A stretch of 63,227 bases of DNA, the filler included. It is 5 parts of 5 records of this genome, joined end to end, with 100 filler letters (N's around TTAATTAATTAA, not from the genome) between each part and the next. Parts side by side here need not be neighbours in the genome. Positions count along the whole stretch, not along the records: positions 33,614 to 57,012 come from SRR31156797_7233; 4 more parts are not named here. The stretch is one strand, 5' to 3'. A program made the position numbers and the translations under genes. Below, in pieces: positions 41,041-50,687 of this stretch (its first letter is position 1; every line of letters starts with the position of its first letter). The notes below the pieces were generated by a model. It did no database searches. It saw only the letters and a program-made list of their open reading frames with translations, and was not told where the DNA came from.

Positions 41041-41057
41041 TTGCACAGGCAGTGCCA
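41041..41057 (-). promoter_or_regulatory. Sigma54 -24/-12 promoter of the ftsH operon
   Basis: Minus strand TGGCACTGCCTGTGCAA with GG-N10-GC spacing, 150 bp upstream of ftsH. Confidence 0.75.
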
Positions 41058-41263
41058 CAGATTGAAGGACTGTGGTGTTTTTTTGCTAATTATTTGAACT
41101 TGTGCGTTTTTTAGGCGAGTGGTGGGGGGCGGGGATTCTACGTACGTTTAAGCTTTTATATTTTATATGCCTGTAATGGCGTCGTTAATTTATTTAGAGC
41201 CAGAGGGGTGAAGAAATGCATGAGGTGAGAGTAACGCAGAAAAATGTGGGGTATGGCGCTTGA

Positions 41264-41310
41264 TCCGTTGCAACATAAGTGTGTTTTTGCCACACTTATG
41301 TTGCAACGGA
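41264..41310. repeat. Perfect 20-bp inverted repeat (terminator and/or enhancer site)
   Basis: TCCGTTGCAACATAAGTGTG-N7-CACACTTATGTTGCAACGGA. Confidence 0.9.
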
Positions 41311-41322
41311 AGTGTGGTGCAA

Positions 41323-43137
41323 TTACAGCTCGAGTTTTGAGAGATCGAGGTTGAATTCTTTGATTTTACGGTACAGTGTTGTGCGGTCAATATGGAGCAA
41401 TCGGGCTGCCTTGGCCTTGTTGCCTCCTGTTTTCTTTAAAGCAAGCATGATTCGATCTGCTGTAGATAGATCAGTGTCCGGAAATGTTGGCTGAATATTT
41501 TTGGGGGCAGGTTCCTGTTCAATGATTGTTGGCTCATGAGGGCGACCTTCCGTTTGGTCTGAGTAATGAACGATTTCTGGAGGCAATTCAGCGGTTGAGA
41601 TGGATGGGCCTTCGCATAAAACACATGCCCTTTCAATTACATTTTTAAGTTCCCGTACATTGCCGGGCCAAGGGTATTTAAATAATTTTTCTAAAGCCTG
41701 ATCGGAAATACCGTTAATGGATTTAGCGATTTTGGGGGCAATGTTTTCAATGAAATTGTTTGCCAGTAATGTGATATCATTCCCGCGCTCCCTCAAGGCT
41801 GGAAGCATAACATCTATCACTCGAAGTCTGAAGTAGAGATCCTCACGGAATTCGCCTGTACGGACTTTTTCCTTGAGGTCCACATTGGTAGCGGTGATTA
41901 CTCGTACGTCCACTGTTATAGGGGTATCTTGGCCTACAGGGTAAAAGGTGCTTTCCTGGAGAAAACGGAGCAGGCGGAGCTGCATCATCTGTGAGATATC
42001 GCCTATTTCGTCGAGGAACAAGGTGCCGCCGTCGGCCTGAAGAATTCTCCCCATCCTGTCTCGGTCAGCTCCGGTAAAAGAACCTTTCCGATGACCGAAA
42101 AGTTCGCTCTCCAGTAGGTTTTCAGGGATGGCAGTGCAGTCCACTTTTATCAAGGGTCTGTTTTTTCGGTGGCTTTCTTGATGGAGGGCTTCTGCCGCAA
42201 GTTCTTTGCCTGTCCCTGATTCGCCGGTAATAAGAGCCGTAAGGTCAACCCTCCCCACATTTTCTATCATGGTGTATGCAGCCTGCATCACATCGCTTTC
42301 GCCAATAAAACGATGGAAAGAACTTCTTCTGACGCTGGCCGCCGATTCTGGGTTGGACATGTCCCGTATAACAATGACGATCCCGTCTGGGCTTCCAGCA
42401 GCTCCTTGTAACGGGGTTGTACAAACACTCAATACTTTGGTCTGGTTGTTGGTTGAGCGGCACTCCTGTCGGTGCTGGGTAATTTCCACTCCGCTTTTTA
42501 ATACTTTAAGCAGATCGTTCTTCAATGGTTCAAATTCTTTTTTTGCGCATAAGGATGCGATGGTAAAGTTGTCAACAGTACCTGTGTGCAATTCATTGAA
42601 AAGAAGTCGGGCAGCAGGGTTCATGTCCATAATCTGCAGGTTCGCGTCGACCGTAATAATGCAGTCGGTCACGCTTTTAAAAACAGTCTCAAGGAATATT
42701 CGATACCTTTCTTTTTCCTGCTCGACTGCTTTTTTTTCCAGTTCGAGCTGCTGTTGTTTTAGAGCCAGGCGAGCAATTTTAAGCAGTGTGTCCTTTTCAA
42801 CCGGTTTGGGTATATAGTCAAATGCACCGAGGCGAACTGCCTCCGCAGCAGTTTCGACGTTTGGATAACCGGTAATCATAACTACCGGGCATTCTATATT
42901 CTTCTTTCTGATGGTTCGTAGAAAGTCGATTCCTGAGTGACTGCCGAGTACGATATCACTGATGATAAGGTCAAAGTTGAGTCTGTCTAATTCGTTGATT
43001 GCCTCATCATATGACTGAGCTGTAATAACTGGTGAATATCCCTGGTTTCGAAGAAAAAACTGGAAGGTGTCGCGTAGGCTTTCTTCGTCATCGACCACCA
43101 GGATTGCTGTTTGCTGTTGTTCTTGTTTCTCAAGCAT
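41323..43137 (-). CDS. Sigma54-dependent response regulator (REC-PAS-AAA+-Fis HTH)
   Basis: ILVVDDE REC domain, PAS, GESGTGKE, ESELFGHRKGSFTGA, WPGNVREL, GNKAKAARLLHIDRTTLYRK. Confidence 0.95.
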   Translation of the reverse strand: MLEKQEQQQTAILVVDDEESLRDTFQFFLRNQGYSPVITAQSYDEAINELDRLNFDLIISDIVLGSHSGIDFLRTIRKKNIECPVVMITGYPNVETAAEAVRLGAFDYIPKPVEKDTLLKIARLALKQQQLELEKKAVEQEKERYRIFLETVFKSVTDCIITVDANLQIMDMNPAARLLFNELHTGTVDNFTIASLCAKKEFEPLKNDLLKVLKSGVEITQHRQECRSTNNQTKVLSVCTTPLQGAAGSPDGIVIVIRDMSNPESAASVRRSSFHRFIGESDVMQAAYTMIENVGRVDLTALITGESGTGKELAAEALHQESHRKNRPLIKVDCTAIPENLLESELFGHRKGSFTGADRDRMGRILQADGGTLFLDEIGDISQMMQLRLLRFLQESTFYPVGQDTPITVDVRVITATNVDLKEKVRTGEFREDLYFRLRVIDVMLPALRERGNDITLLANNFIENIAPKIAKSINGISDQALEKLFKYPWPGNVRELKNVIERACVLCEGPSISTAELPPEIVHYSDQTEGRPHEPTIIEQEPAPKNIQPTFPDTDLSTADRIMLALKKTGGNKAKAARLLHIDRTTLYRKIKEFNLDLSKLEL

Positions 43138-43169
43138 TGGGTGTACTCCTTGGATGCCTGTAACTAAAA

Positions 43170-43919
43170 TTAACGAAAGGTTGTGAGGTCTCTGAAGACA
43201 ACAACTGCCCCGGTGATGATTTTGTTTTCTACGATCGGGGTACTGGTGTATTCAACGGGAAACGCCTTCCCTTCTTTGGTCCAGAAAAGTTCGTCCGATC
43301 CGAAATGGACCTTGCCGTCTCTGTAAGCTTTATGGATAGGACATTCTTCGACAGGGTAGGTCTCCCCGTTTTTGTAACTGTGGTGTACCAGGTCATGGTG
43401 CGATTTTCCGATAAGTTCTTCCGGTGACCAGTCAAGCATGATAGAAGCGGCCTTGTTGACAAAGGTAACATTACCTTCCTTATCAAGACCGAATATGCCT
43501 TCACCCGCTGACTCGAGGATTAGTTCCATCTGCCGCTTTATTCTTTTTGTTTCTGTTTCTGCCTGAATACGCTCTGCTATCTCCCGGTTAAGCGAAGCAT
43601 TTGCGACAGATATTTCAAAGGTCCTTCGTTCCACCCTGTCTTCCAGGTCATGGGTGGTAGATTCTAAGGCATCGCTAACTTCATCGAGTTGGTTCTGGTG
43701 CTCCTTAATTTTATGAAGGAGGTTTCCATTTGCCTTTTTAGTAATGAAAATGACGGTGACGCCCAGTACTGCCATTACCATGATAGAAAAGAGGGGGTAA
43801 GGCAGCTGTTGGCTTGCATTGTCTGCGTGGAGGAGGCGTATATCCATCAAAAATAGAAAAAAAGTTGCCGGGCAAAATAATATGCCGATTTTTAGAAATA
43901 ATTTTTGGTTATCCGACAT
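43170..43919 (-). CDS. Membrane-anchored PAS protein without output domain
   Basis: Two TMs, LEDRVERRT coiled coil, PAS (ESAGEGIFGLD...GAVVVFRDLT) then stop; ATG 43919 overlaps the kinase end. Confidence 0.85.
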   Translation of the reverse strand: MSDNQKLFLKIGILFCPATFFLFLMDIRLLHADNASQQLPYPLFSIMVMAVLGVTVIFITKKANGNLLHKIKEHQNQLDEVSDALESTTHDLEDRVERRTFEISVANASLNREIAERIQAETETKRIKRQMELILESAGEGIFGLDKEGNVTFVNKAASIMLDWSPEELIGKSHHDLVHHSYKNGETYPVEECPIHKAYRDGKVHFGSDELFWTKEGKAFPVEYTSTPIVENKIITGAVVVFRDLTTFR

Positions 43920-45960
43920 GGCTTTTTCTCCCTTGGCCAATGGTTGGTAAATCAATTAATAAAGTCGTATAGCTGCCTAGTTCGCTCTGGATACGGAAAA
44001 GGCCATGGTTGTCCTGTACTAGGCTGTGACTGATGCTGAGGCCTAAGCCTGTCCCTTCGCCGCTGGTTTTAGTCGAGAAAAAGGGATCCATTACCCTGTT
44101 GATAATTTCATGTTCAATACCTGTCCCATTGTCGGTGATGGCAAGCTCAACATAGTCTTTACCGTCAATACGGTTAGAATGGGCATTGATTGCCAGCATT
44201 TTTGGTCTTTGGTTGCCTCTGGCCTGGCGCTCGTTAAGTGCGTAGCGTGCATTGCTGAAGATGTTGAGGAGCACCTGCTGTATTTGTTGAGGATTGCATA
44301 TTATTTTCGGCAGATCACTGGAGTGCTGCTGCTCAATTTCTATTCCGTCTATGGTGTATTGGTGCTGGACGAGTTCGATACAGTGTTTTATCAAGTTTGC
44401 GGCATCAACAGGTTCGGGTTCATCCTCTCTTTTTCGTGAAAAATCAAGAAGGTTTTTGGTTATACCGGCAATGCGTTTCCCTTCTTTTATAATACGGTCC
44501 AAAAAACGTTTTTCTTCTTCTTCCTGAAGAGATGAGTCTTTGAGAATTTGGGCGTAGTTTATGATGCCGTTAATGGGGTTGTTGATCTCGTGAGCGACAC
44601 CGGCCGCAAGCTCCCCTACTGAAGCGAGTTGCGCTGAACGCAGGGCTTCGGCTTTCATTAACTGTTCTTCCGTGAGATCTCTTGCCAGCAGCAAGGCTGC
44701 CCCTGTTTTGCCTGCAAATTCCTTTAAGGGGCTAATGGTCATCATGTAGTTTCCCTGTAGCCCTCTGAGTTCGGTTTCAAATACCCTGTTCTTCTTGTCC
44801 TGGAGAATAGCTTCCAATGGGCAAATGGCTCCTGGGGATCGTCCTCCATGGAGAATTTCGCATACCCCTTTGCCGACGATGTCTTTTCTTCTTCTTTTAG
44901 CTGCAATTGCCGTGGCAGGATTTACATCAAGAATAACCCCTTCTTCTGACACTACAAGGGCGGGGTCCTGCATGGCACTGAAAATATTATTCCATTTTGC
45001 AAGGGCGTTTTCCCGCTCTCTTTCAGCTGCCATTTCATTGGTTACGTCAATGCCAAAGAGGACTAGACCAACTGTTCCACGCTCTATGTTTGGCTGAAAG
45101 GAGCCGTGCCAACTTATCGTACATCTTTTTCCATAGCGGGTTTCTAGTTCAGTCTGGAAATTTATGTCTGAGCCATTCTGCTGCAGCAGTCCTGAGAATT
45201 CGGCTTGGCTTTTGAGGCGAAGGTCTGGGGATATCAGTACGTCGACCCAGTATTTCCCTTTAACTTCAACTTCGCTGAATCCAGTAACTTCCTGTGCTTT
45301 TTGATTAAATGAAAGGATGTTACCGCACGGTGTCAGGGAAATGAGAAGGGCTTGGACAGTATCAACGATTTCAGCGTTAAAGTCTCTTTCTCTACGCAGT
45401 CTTTTCGCTGTTTCATCGACATAAAGTGCCAGGGAAATGTCAGCCATTACGTTGGCCATAAAATCCAGTTCGGGACCTGTAAACCCATCTGGATTTGTGG
45501 AGTGAATGGTGAGGGCGCCGTACTCATGATTGTTGGAAATAAGGGGCCAGGATATATAACTTTTCGTGCCAGTTTTTTTAATGATGGTGTCAAATGGCTG
45601 TGAGCCGGTTTTAGGGATGACCTTGTTTGCAATGATTGGTTTTCCATTCTCCAGTGACTGGAGTGATGGGTTATCGTCACGATTTTCAGCTAAAAATTGA
45701 CTGATAAGGATCAAGCTCTGCTCGGGTGAAAGATTCGAGGAGCTGGCAGCAAACATTGGCTCTACCAGGTTGGTATCGCTGCCTCTTTTTGCAGCCCATA
45801 TAAAGCAATATTCCTGGTCGTTGAGTAAGGGGGTGCTGCGTTGTTTGAGGATAAACTGCTCACCTTGCTCAGACGTGTGGTCAATTTTAAATTCGCAGAT
45901 TGAGCGGAGCAGTCTACAGCGATGCTCGAGAAGTTGAATGCGTTGCGTATTGTTGTGCAT
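43909..45960 (-). CDS. Cytoplasmic GAF-PAS-PAS sensor histidine kinase (NtrB type)
   Basis: AGVAHEINNP, QVLLNIFSNA, DNGTGI, DPFFSTK, GTGLGLSI. Confidence 0.95.
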   Translation of the reverse strand: MHNNTQRIQLLEHRCRLLRSICEFKIDHTSEQGEQFILKQRSTPLLNDQEYCFIWAAKRGSDTNLVEPMFAASSSNLSPEQSLILISQFLAENRDDNPSLQSLENGKPIIANKVIPKTGSQPFDTIIKKTGTKSYISWPLISNNHEYGALTIHSTNPDGFTGPELDFMANVMADISLALYVDETAKRLRRERDFNAEIVDTVQALLISLTPCGNILSFNQKAQEVTGFSEVEVKGKYWVDVLISPDLRLKSQAEFSGLLQQNGSDINFQTELETRYGKRCTISWHGSFQPNIERGTVGLVLFGIDVTNEMAAERERENALAKWNNIFSAMQDPALVVSEEGVILDVNPATAIAAKRRRKDIVGKGVCEILHGGRSPGAICPLEAILQDKKNRVFETELRGLQGNYMMTISPLKEFAGKTGAALLLARDLTEEQLMKAEALRSAQLASVGELAAGVAHEINNPINGIINYAQILKDSSLQEEEEKRFLDRIIKEGKRIAGITKNLLDFSRKREDEPEPVDAANLIKHCIELVQHQYTIDGIEIEQQHSSDLPKIICNPQQIQQVLLNIFSNARYALNERQARGNQRPKMLAINAHSNRIDGKDYVELAITDNGTGIEHEIINRVMDPFFSTKTSGEGTGLGLSISHSLVQDNHGLFRIQSELGSYTTLLIDLPTIGQGRKSHVG

Positions 45961-45986
45961 GGAGTACCGAATGAGTTATGGAAAAG

Positions 45987-46049
45987 GGTTGCACATGTGT
46001 TGCAGGAATTGTGGCAAACAACACTTTTTGCAACATATGTGTTGCAAAA
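45987..46049. promoter_or_regulatory. TGTNGCA site cluster upstream of the kinase operon
   Basis: TGTTGCA 45998, TGTGGCA 46010, palindrome TTTTGCAACA-TATG-TGTTGCAAAA 46026-46049. Confidence 0.6.
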
Positions 46050-46339
46050 TAGCACGTAAATATGCGTATGGGGATATTTATGCAGCGAATGGGCCAGCTT
46101 TAAAGCCGAACTTTATTTCAAGCAGAATATACTTGAACCTGAGCGGTGATGATTGCACAATATTTGTTGATGCAAAAACGGGTTGCTTCCCGGAGTAAGT
46201 GAGTTAGCCTTTTATCGTCTAAGTTATTGGTGAAGGGAATTTTTTGCGGGTATTATAGAAATGAGAAGAGCAAGGAGAGGCTCGTTTTTAAAGAATACGA
46301 CAGAAAACATGTTAGCGGAAAAGGAAGCAGGGGAGGCAA

Positions 46340-46702
46340 TCAGTAAAAAATTTGATCCAGGGCTTCTTTTATGGCTTCTGGTGGGCCGAGTTTATCTAAA
46401 ATAGCAACGGGTTTGGTTGCGGCAGCACGTTCGAGCAGCTGAGTGTCCTGATAGCCGGTAAAAAAGAGGATAGGGATGTCTGTTTTTTGTTTAATACGTT
46501 TTGCTGTCTCAATGCCGTCCATTGTTCCGGAAAGGCTTATATCCATTAAAATGGCATCCGGTGCTTCAGTTTCTACTGCTTCCAGGGCCTCCTCAGCACT
46601 GGTAGCAACCTCGCAGGGCAGGAAACCGAAATCCTTCATGTTTTCGGTAAGCATCATGCCTATGAGGATCTCATCTTCAACGATAAGGATTTTTTTTTTC
46701 AT
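46340..46702 (-). CDS. Single-domain response regulator
   Basis: ILIVEDE, ILMDISLSGTMDGIE, FFTG. Confidence 0.92.
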   Translation of the reverse strand: MKKKILIVEDEILIGMMLTENMKDFGFLPCEVATSAEEALEAVETEAPDAILMDISLSGTMDGIETAKRIKQKTDIPILFFTGYQDTQLLERAAATKPVAILDKLGPPEAIKEALDQIFY

Positions 46703-48951
46703 GATATAAGTATTCGTTGAATCCGTTCTGGCTCCGTGAAACGAATTTCGGTTTCCGTTCCGTTGTCTGGGCGCATGGTAATAGTACCATGCAACTGTTT
46801 ACGGATAAGATTTTTTGTAATCTGCAGGCCAAAAGAGCTGCTCTTTTCAATGTCAAAGGATTCTGGAATGCCTATACCTGTATCCTTTACGCGTAATTGT
46901 ATCACATTCTCCGGAGACTGGCAAAGATGGAGAATGATGGATCCGGATCGATTGTCAGGAAAGCCATGTTTGAGGGAATTGGTGACTATCTCATTAACCG
47001 CGAGGCCAAGTGGCACCGCGTGGTCAATGGAAATAGGAACGGGTTCTGTCTCTGCTTCCATGGTAATATGTTGATTGATCACCATGGATTTTATCAGCGT
47101 TGTTACAAGTTCTGTAAGATAGCTGGCCAGGTCAATGTCAACAAGGCTGTCTGATCGGTACAAGTTTTCATGGACCATGGCCATGGCTCTGATACGGTTT
47201 TCTGTTTCTTGGAAAATGGAATGGGTCGTCGGGTCGGAGATATCACCAAGCTGCAGTTTGAGCATGGAGATAATGACCAGCATGTTGTTTTTTGTGCGGT
47301 GGTAGATCTCACGCAGCAAAATTTCTTTTTCTTTAAGAGATTGCTGAAGCTGATACTCATTCTTTTCCAATTTATTGACCATATTTAACTGGACCCTGCT
47401 CACAGCTTCTGCAGCCTTACGGTTTTGTTCTTCCTGTTCTCGCAGCTTTCTTTCTTCAATATTAACAATACGTCCCTCATAGGCGATGATCCCACCTTGG
47501 TTGTTTTTTACATAGTGGAGGGATACAGCAGCCGGGAAAATTGAGCCGTCTTTGCGGCGAAACATAATTTCGCGATCAACAATTTTCTCTTCCCTGAGAA
47601 GAGTTTCGAAAACAGCTTCCTTTTCATTGTGGTCAGCATAAAATTGAGTGCCTATATCGTTAATGCTTCGTATCATTTGTTCGGGTGAATCATACCCGCT
47701 CATGGCTGCTAAAGCAGGGTTGATGACCTCAAATCTACCAGATTCAGTGGCTCTAAAGATACCTTCAACGGCGGAACTGAAAAGTTCACGGTAACGTTCT
47801 TCGGCTTGAGCTATGTCCTCAAACGCAGTGATGCGGCGGATGGCATTTTTAAATACACGGGAAAGGTGCTCGAGGTAAACAGGGTGGTCAGTCTCCTTGA
47901 TTACAGCTCCATTTTTACGGAAAAATTTAACCCATAAAAATTCATTTTTTTTGTGAGGATGGGGAAGGGAAAGAAACAGTGTTCGTTTGTCATCGCTGTA
48001 GCTCAGGGTTCCTATATCTGGGTATTGGTGATAAAAACTTTCAATCTCACCCTCAATTAATTGATCTAGTTCTCCTTGCTGCACATTAAAAAAACGGCAA
48101 ACGATGGCAGTGGCTGCCGAGTAGAGCATTTTTTTATCACCAGTGTTTGCAATTTGCTCACCAGCAATAAAGAGGTTTTTCAGGGCTTTATTATTCGTCG
48201 TAATGTTAGACAGGATGGTGTTAATCCGACGGATAAAGATGCCTATCTGGTCAGGAGGGCCTGGGGGGATTTCTTGATGTACAAAGAGTTCGTATTGTTC
48301 AATACGGGACAGGCTTGCAAAAGTAGACTCTATTCGAGGAACGATAAGGTGATAGATGAATATTGCTTCAGCAATAACTGTCAAGAGAAGGGTGGTTATA
48401 CTTCCCATGAGGAAGAGATACAGGATGTTTTGTTTTTTGTGTATAATGTTTTTGGCTGAGATACGGATGAAAAGGTTGCCGAAAAAAAGGTCGCCTACTG
48501 TTAGAGGGGCAAGGCTGGAGACAAAGGCATTGCCATTCAAGTCCGTATAGCTGACAGTATTGAATTGTTGAAAAGCCTGAAATGGGAGAGCCATTTCTTT
48601 ATTATGTAAATAATTCCGGTAAGGTTCCCCTTTTTTTTCGACATCTGCAGAGAAAAGGATAGTACCGTCGGGGTTTATCACCAGGCATTCTATAATCTCT
48701 TCTTGAATGAGTTGTCCTATCAGTTTTCGGTCGGTTGCTTCAATAAAGTGCAGGGCCTTCTGCGACATCAGAATGCTGGGTTGTGCAAGTTTATTTTTGA
48801 TGGTTTTATCAATTTCAAGGTTGTACGACTCTATGAAATAAAAACCGAGAAAAAAGAGGGCTATACCTTCGATTAGAAGGATAGAAACACATATCTTCAG
48901 CGCGACACTGCGAAAGGAGAAGAAGCCTATGTTATTACTACCTGAAAGCAT
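46699..48951 (-). CDS. Membrane PAS histidine kinase, HisKA_2 type
   Basis: Two TMs, PAS, EIYHRTKNNM, NEIVTNSLKHGF, DTGIG, SFGL. Confidence 0.9.
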   Translation of the reverse strand: MLSGSNNIGFFSFRSVALKICVSILLIEGIALFFLGFYFIESYNLEIDKTIKNKLAQPSILMSQKALHFIEATDRKLIGQLIQEEIIECLVINPDGTILFSADVEKKGEPYRNYLHNKEMALPFQAFQQFNTVSYTDLNGNAFVSSLAPLTVGDLFFGNLFIRISAKNIIHKKQNILYLFLMGSITTLLLTVIAEAIFIYHLIVPRIESTFASLSRIEQYELFVHQEIPPGPPDQIGIFIRRINTILSNITTNNKALKNLFIAGEQIANTGDKKMLYSAATAIVCRFFNVQQGELDQLIEGEIESFYHQYPDIGTLSYSDDKRTLFLSLPHPHKKNEFLWVKFFRKNGAVIKETDHPVYLEHLSRVFKNAIRRITAFEDIAQAEERYRELFSSAVEGIFRATESGRFEVINPALAAMSGYDSPEQMIRSINDIGTQFYADHNEKEAVFETLLREEKIVDREIMFRRKDGSIFPAAVSLHYVKNNQGGIIAYEGRIVNIEERKLREQEEQNRKAAEAVSRVQLNMVNKLEKNEYQLQQSLKEKEILLREIYHRTKNNMLVIISMLKLQLGDISDPTTHSIFQETENRIRAMAMVHENLYRSDSLVDIDLASYLTELVTTLIKSMVINQHITMEAETEPVPISIDHAVPLGLAVNEIVTNSLKHGFPDNRSGSIILHLCQSPENVIQLRVKDTGIGIPESFDIEKSSSFGLQITKNLIRKQLHGTITMRPDNGTETEIRFTEPERIQRILIS

Positions 48952-49391
48952 GAAGGGAACCTTGGAAAAATGTCTTATCTTCCAATCTTTGCGTAATGAT
49001 CAAGTCTTATCCTCGGAGCTAAGCATGGACGCCAATATCACCCAGATGCCAGTGGTAAATAAATAATATGTTTCGGACTTGAAGTTTAGCTAACCTTGAT
49101 TTTAAAATTGATTTTTTCAAGTATCCTGACGTTTGAAGGCTTTCCTTGCTGATTCCTAGAAAACTCCCGGTCTATTGGCGGTGGCCATCAGGTAACCGGC
49201 GGGTAAAAAATGATCTTCCCGGCACAGCCGATTATTAAACTTGCGAAGTGCATTTTTATTTGCACCCATCAGTGTCATGCATGTTGCCCTAAGAGGGGCT
49301 TTGAGTCAAGTCTGTAAAACTGTCGTAACTATTGTTACTCTGCCAGCCTGTGTGCAACTGAAGTAGTGCTGAATATTTACCATTTGCAGGG

Positions 49392-50675
49392 TCAAGTACG
49401 ATGAAGTTGAAAGTCAACGGGTTGGAAGCTGCCCTCCTGAAAAACAGTGGTCTTTTTTGGGGTAGTTTGGGCAATAATTTTTCCGCTGCGGATGACAAAT
49501 AAACGTGCTGGCCGGAGCCGAATGGCACCCAAGGTACTTTGTGCCTGGAGAATAACAAAATCAGCCTTGCAGCCGGGCGCTATTCCATAGTTGTTGAGGT
49601 GCATAATGTCAGCTGCTCTGGTTGTGACCATTTCAAAAATGGTTGCAAGCTGCAAGGTACCCATCATCTGCAGGCAGTGAGCCCCCATGTGGGCTACATC
49701 AAGCATATCATGGCTGCCCATGGGGTACCAGGGGTCCATAATGTCGTCATGGCCAAAGGCCACGTTCACTCCAGCATTGAGCAGTTCAGGCACTCGGGTC
49801 AATCCTCTGCGTTTGGGGTATGTATCATGTCTGCCCTGGAGGTGAATGTTGACTAATGGATTGCAGATGGCATGCATCCCGGATTCAGCCATTAGCGGGA
49901 GGAGTTTGCTGACATAGTAGTTATCCATGGAGTGCATGCTGGTCAGGTGTGAGCCAGTTACTCGGCCAGTAAGCCCGAGCCGATGGGTTTCGAATGCCAA
50001 ATTTTCAACATGGCGGGAGAGGGGATCATCGCTCTCGTCGCAGTGCATGTCAACCATTAGGCCCCTTTCAGCAGCAACTTCGCAGAGCCAGCGTACCGAT
50101 TTTCTGCCTTGTTCCATGGTGCGCTCAAAGTGGGGAATGCCGCCGATAACATCGACACCAAGCTCCAAAGCCTTAAGGAGCAAGGTCTTGCCCTGCGGGG
50201 TGCGAAGTAGACCATCCTGAGGAAAGGCAACCAGCTGGATATCCACCCACGGTTTCATCTCTTCACGTAGTTCCAGCAGGACCCGCGCAGCCATCAGGGT
50301 CGGATCGGTGACATCCACATGGGTGCGGATGGCAAGGGTTCCTTGGGCTATGGACCAGGAAAGTAATTGTTTAGCCCTGGACTTCACAGCTTCTGGGGTC
50401 AGTAATGGTTTGAGTTCTCCCCATACCTGTATACCTTCCAGCAGGGTGCCGCTTTGATTCATCCGGGGGAGTCCCATGGACAGAGTGGCATCCATGTGGA
50501 AATGACTGTCTACAAACGGTGGACTCACCAATTGACCAGCAGCATCTATGTTCTGATGGGCAGCGTCAATAGAAAGTGAAGGACCTACGTCGAGAATGAG
50601 GCCGTCGTTGACGGCAATATCAACTGGCTCAGAAAAGTTCGCAATAACCGCATTGGTGATAAGCAGATCAATCAT
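49392..50675 (-). CDS. Cytosine deaminase-like amidohydrolase
   Basis: PFVDSHFHMD, NQSGTLLEGI, VAFPQDG, GGIPHFE, HCDESDD, GHDDIMDPWYP. Confidence 0.88.
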   Translation of the reverse strand: MIDLLITNAVIANFSEPVDIAVNDGLILDVGPSLSIDAAHQNIDAAGQLVSPPFVDSHFHMDATLSMGLPRMNQSGTLLEGIQVWGELKPLLTPEAVKSRAKQLLSWSIAQGTLAIRTHVDVTDPTLMAARVLLELREEMKPWVDIQLVAFPQDGLLRTPQGKTLLLKALELGVDVIGGIPHFERTMEQGRKSVRWLCEVAAERGLMVDMHCDESDDPLSRHVENLAFETHRLGLTGRVTGSHLTSMHSMDNYYVSKLLPLMAESGMHAICNPLVNIHLQGRHDTYPKRRGLTRVPELLNAGVNVAFGHDDIMDPWYPMGSHDMLDVAHMGAHCLQMMGTLQLATIFEMVTTRAADIMHLNNYGIAPGCKADFVILQAQSTLGAIRLRPARLFVIRSGKIIAQTTPKKTTVFQEGSFQPVDFQLHRT

Positions 50676-50687
50676 GTATGTGTACCT

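Noticed and set aside
49140-49230. GC-rich intergenic stretch resembling a guanidine/ykkC riboswitch tail
   Set aside because: Only a loose CGGCGGG-AAAA match, on the strand opposite the flanking genes
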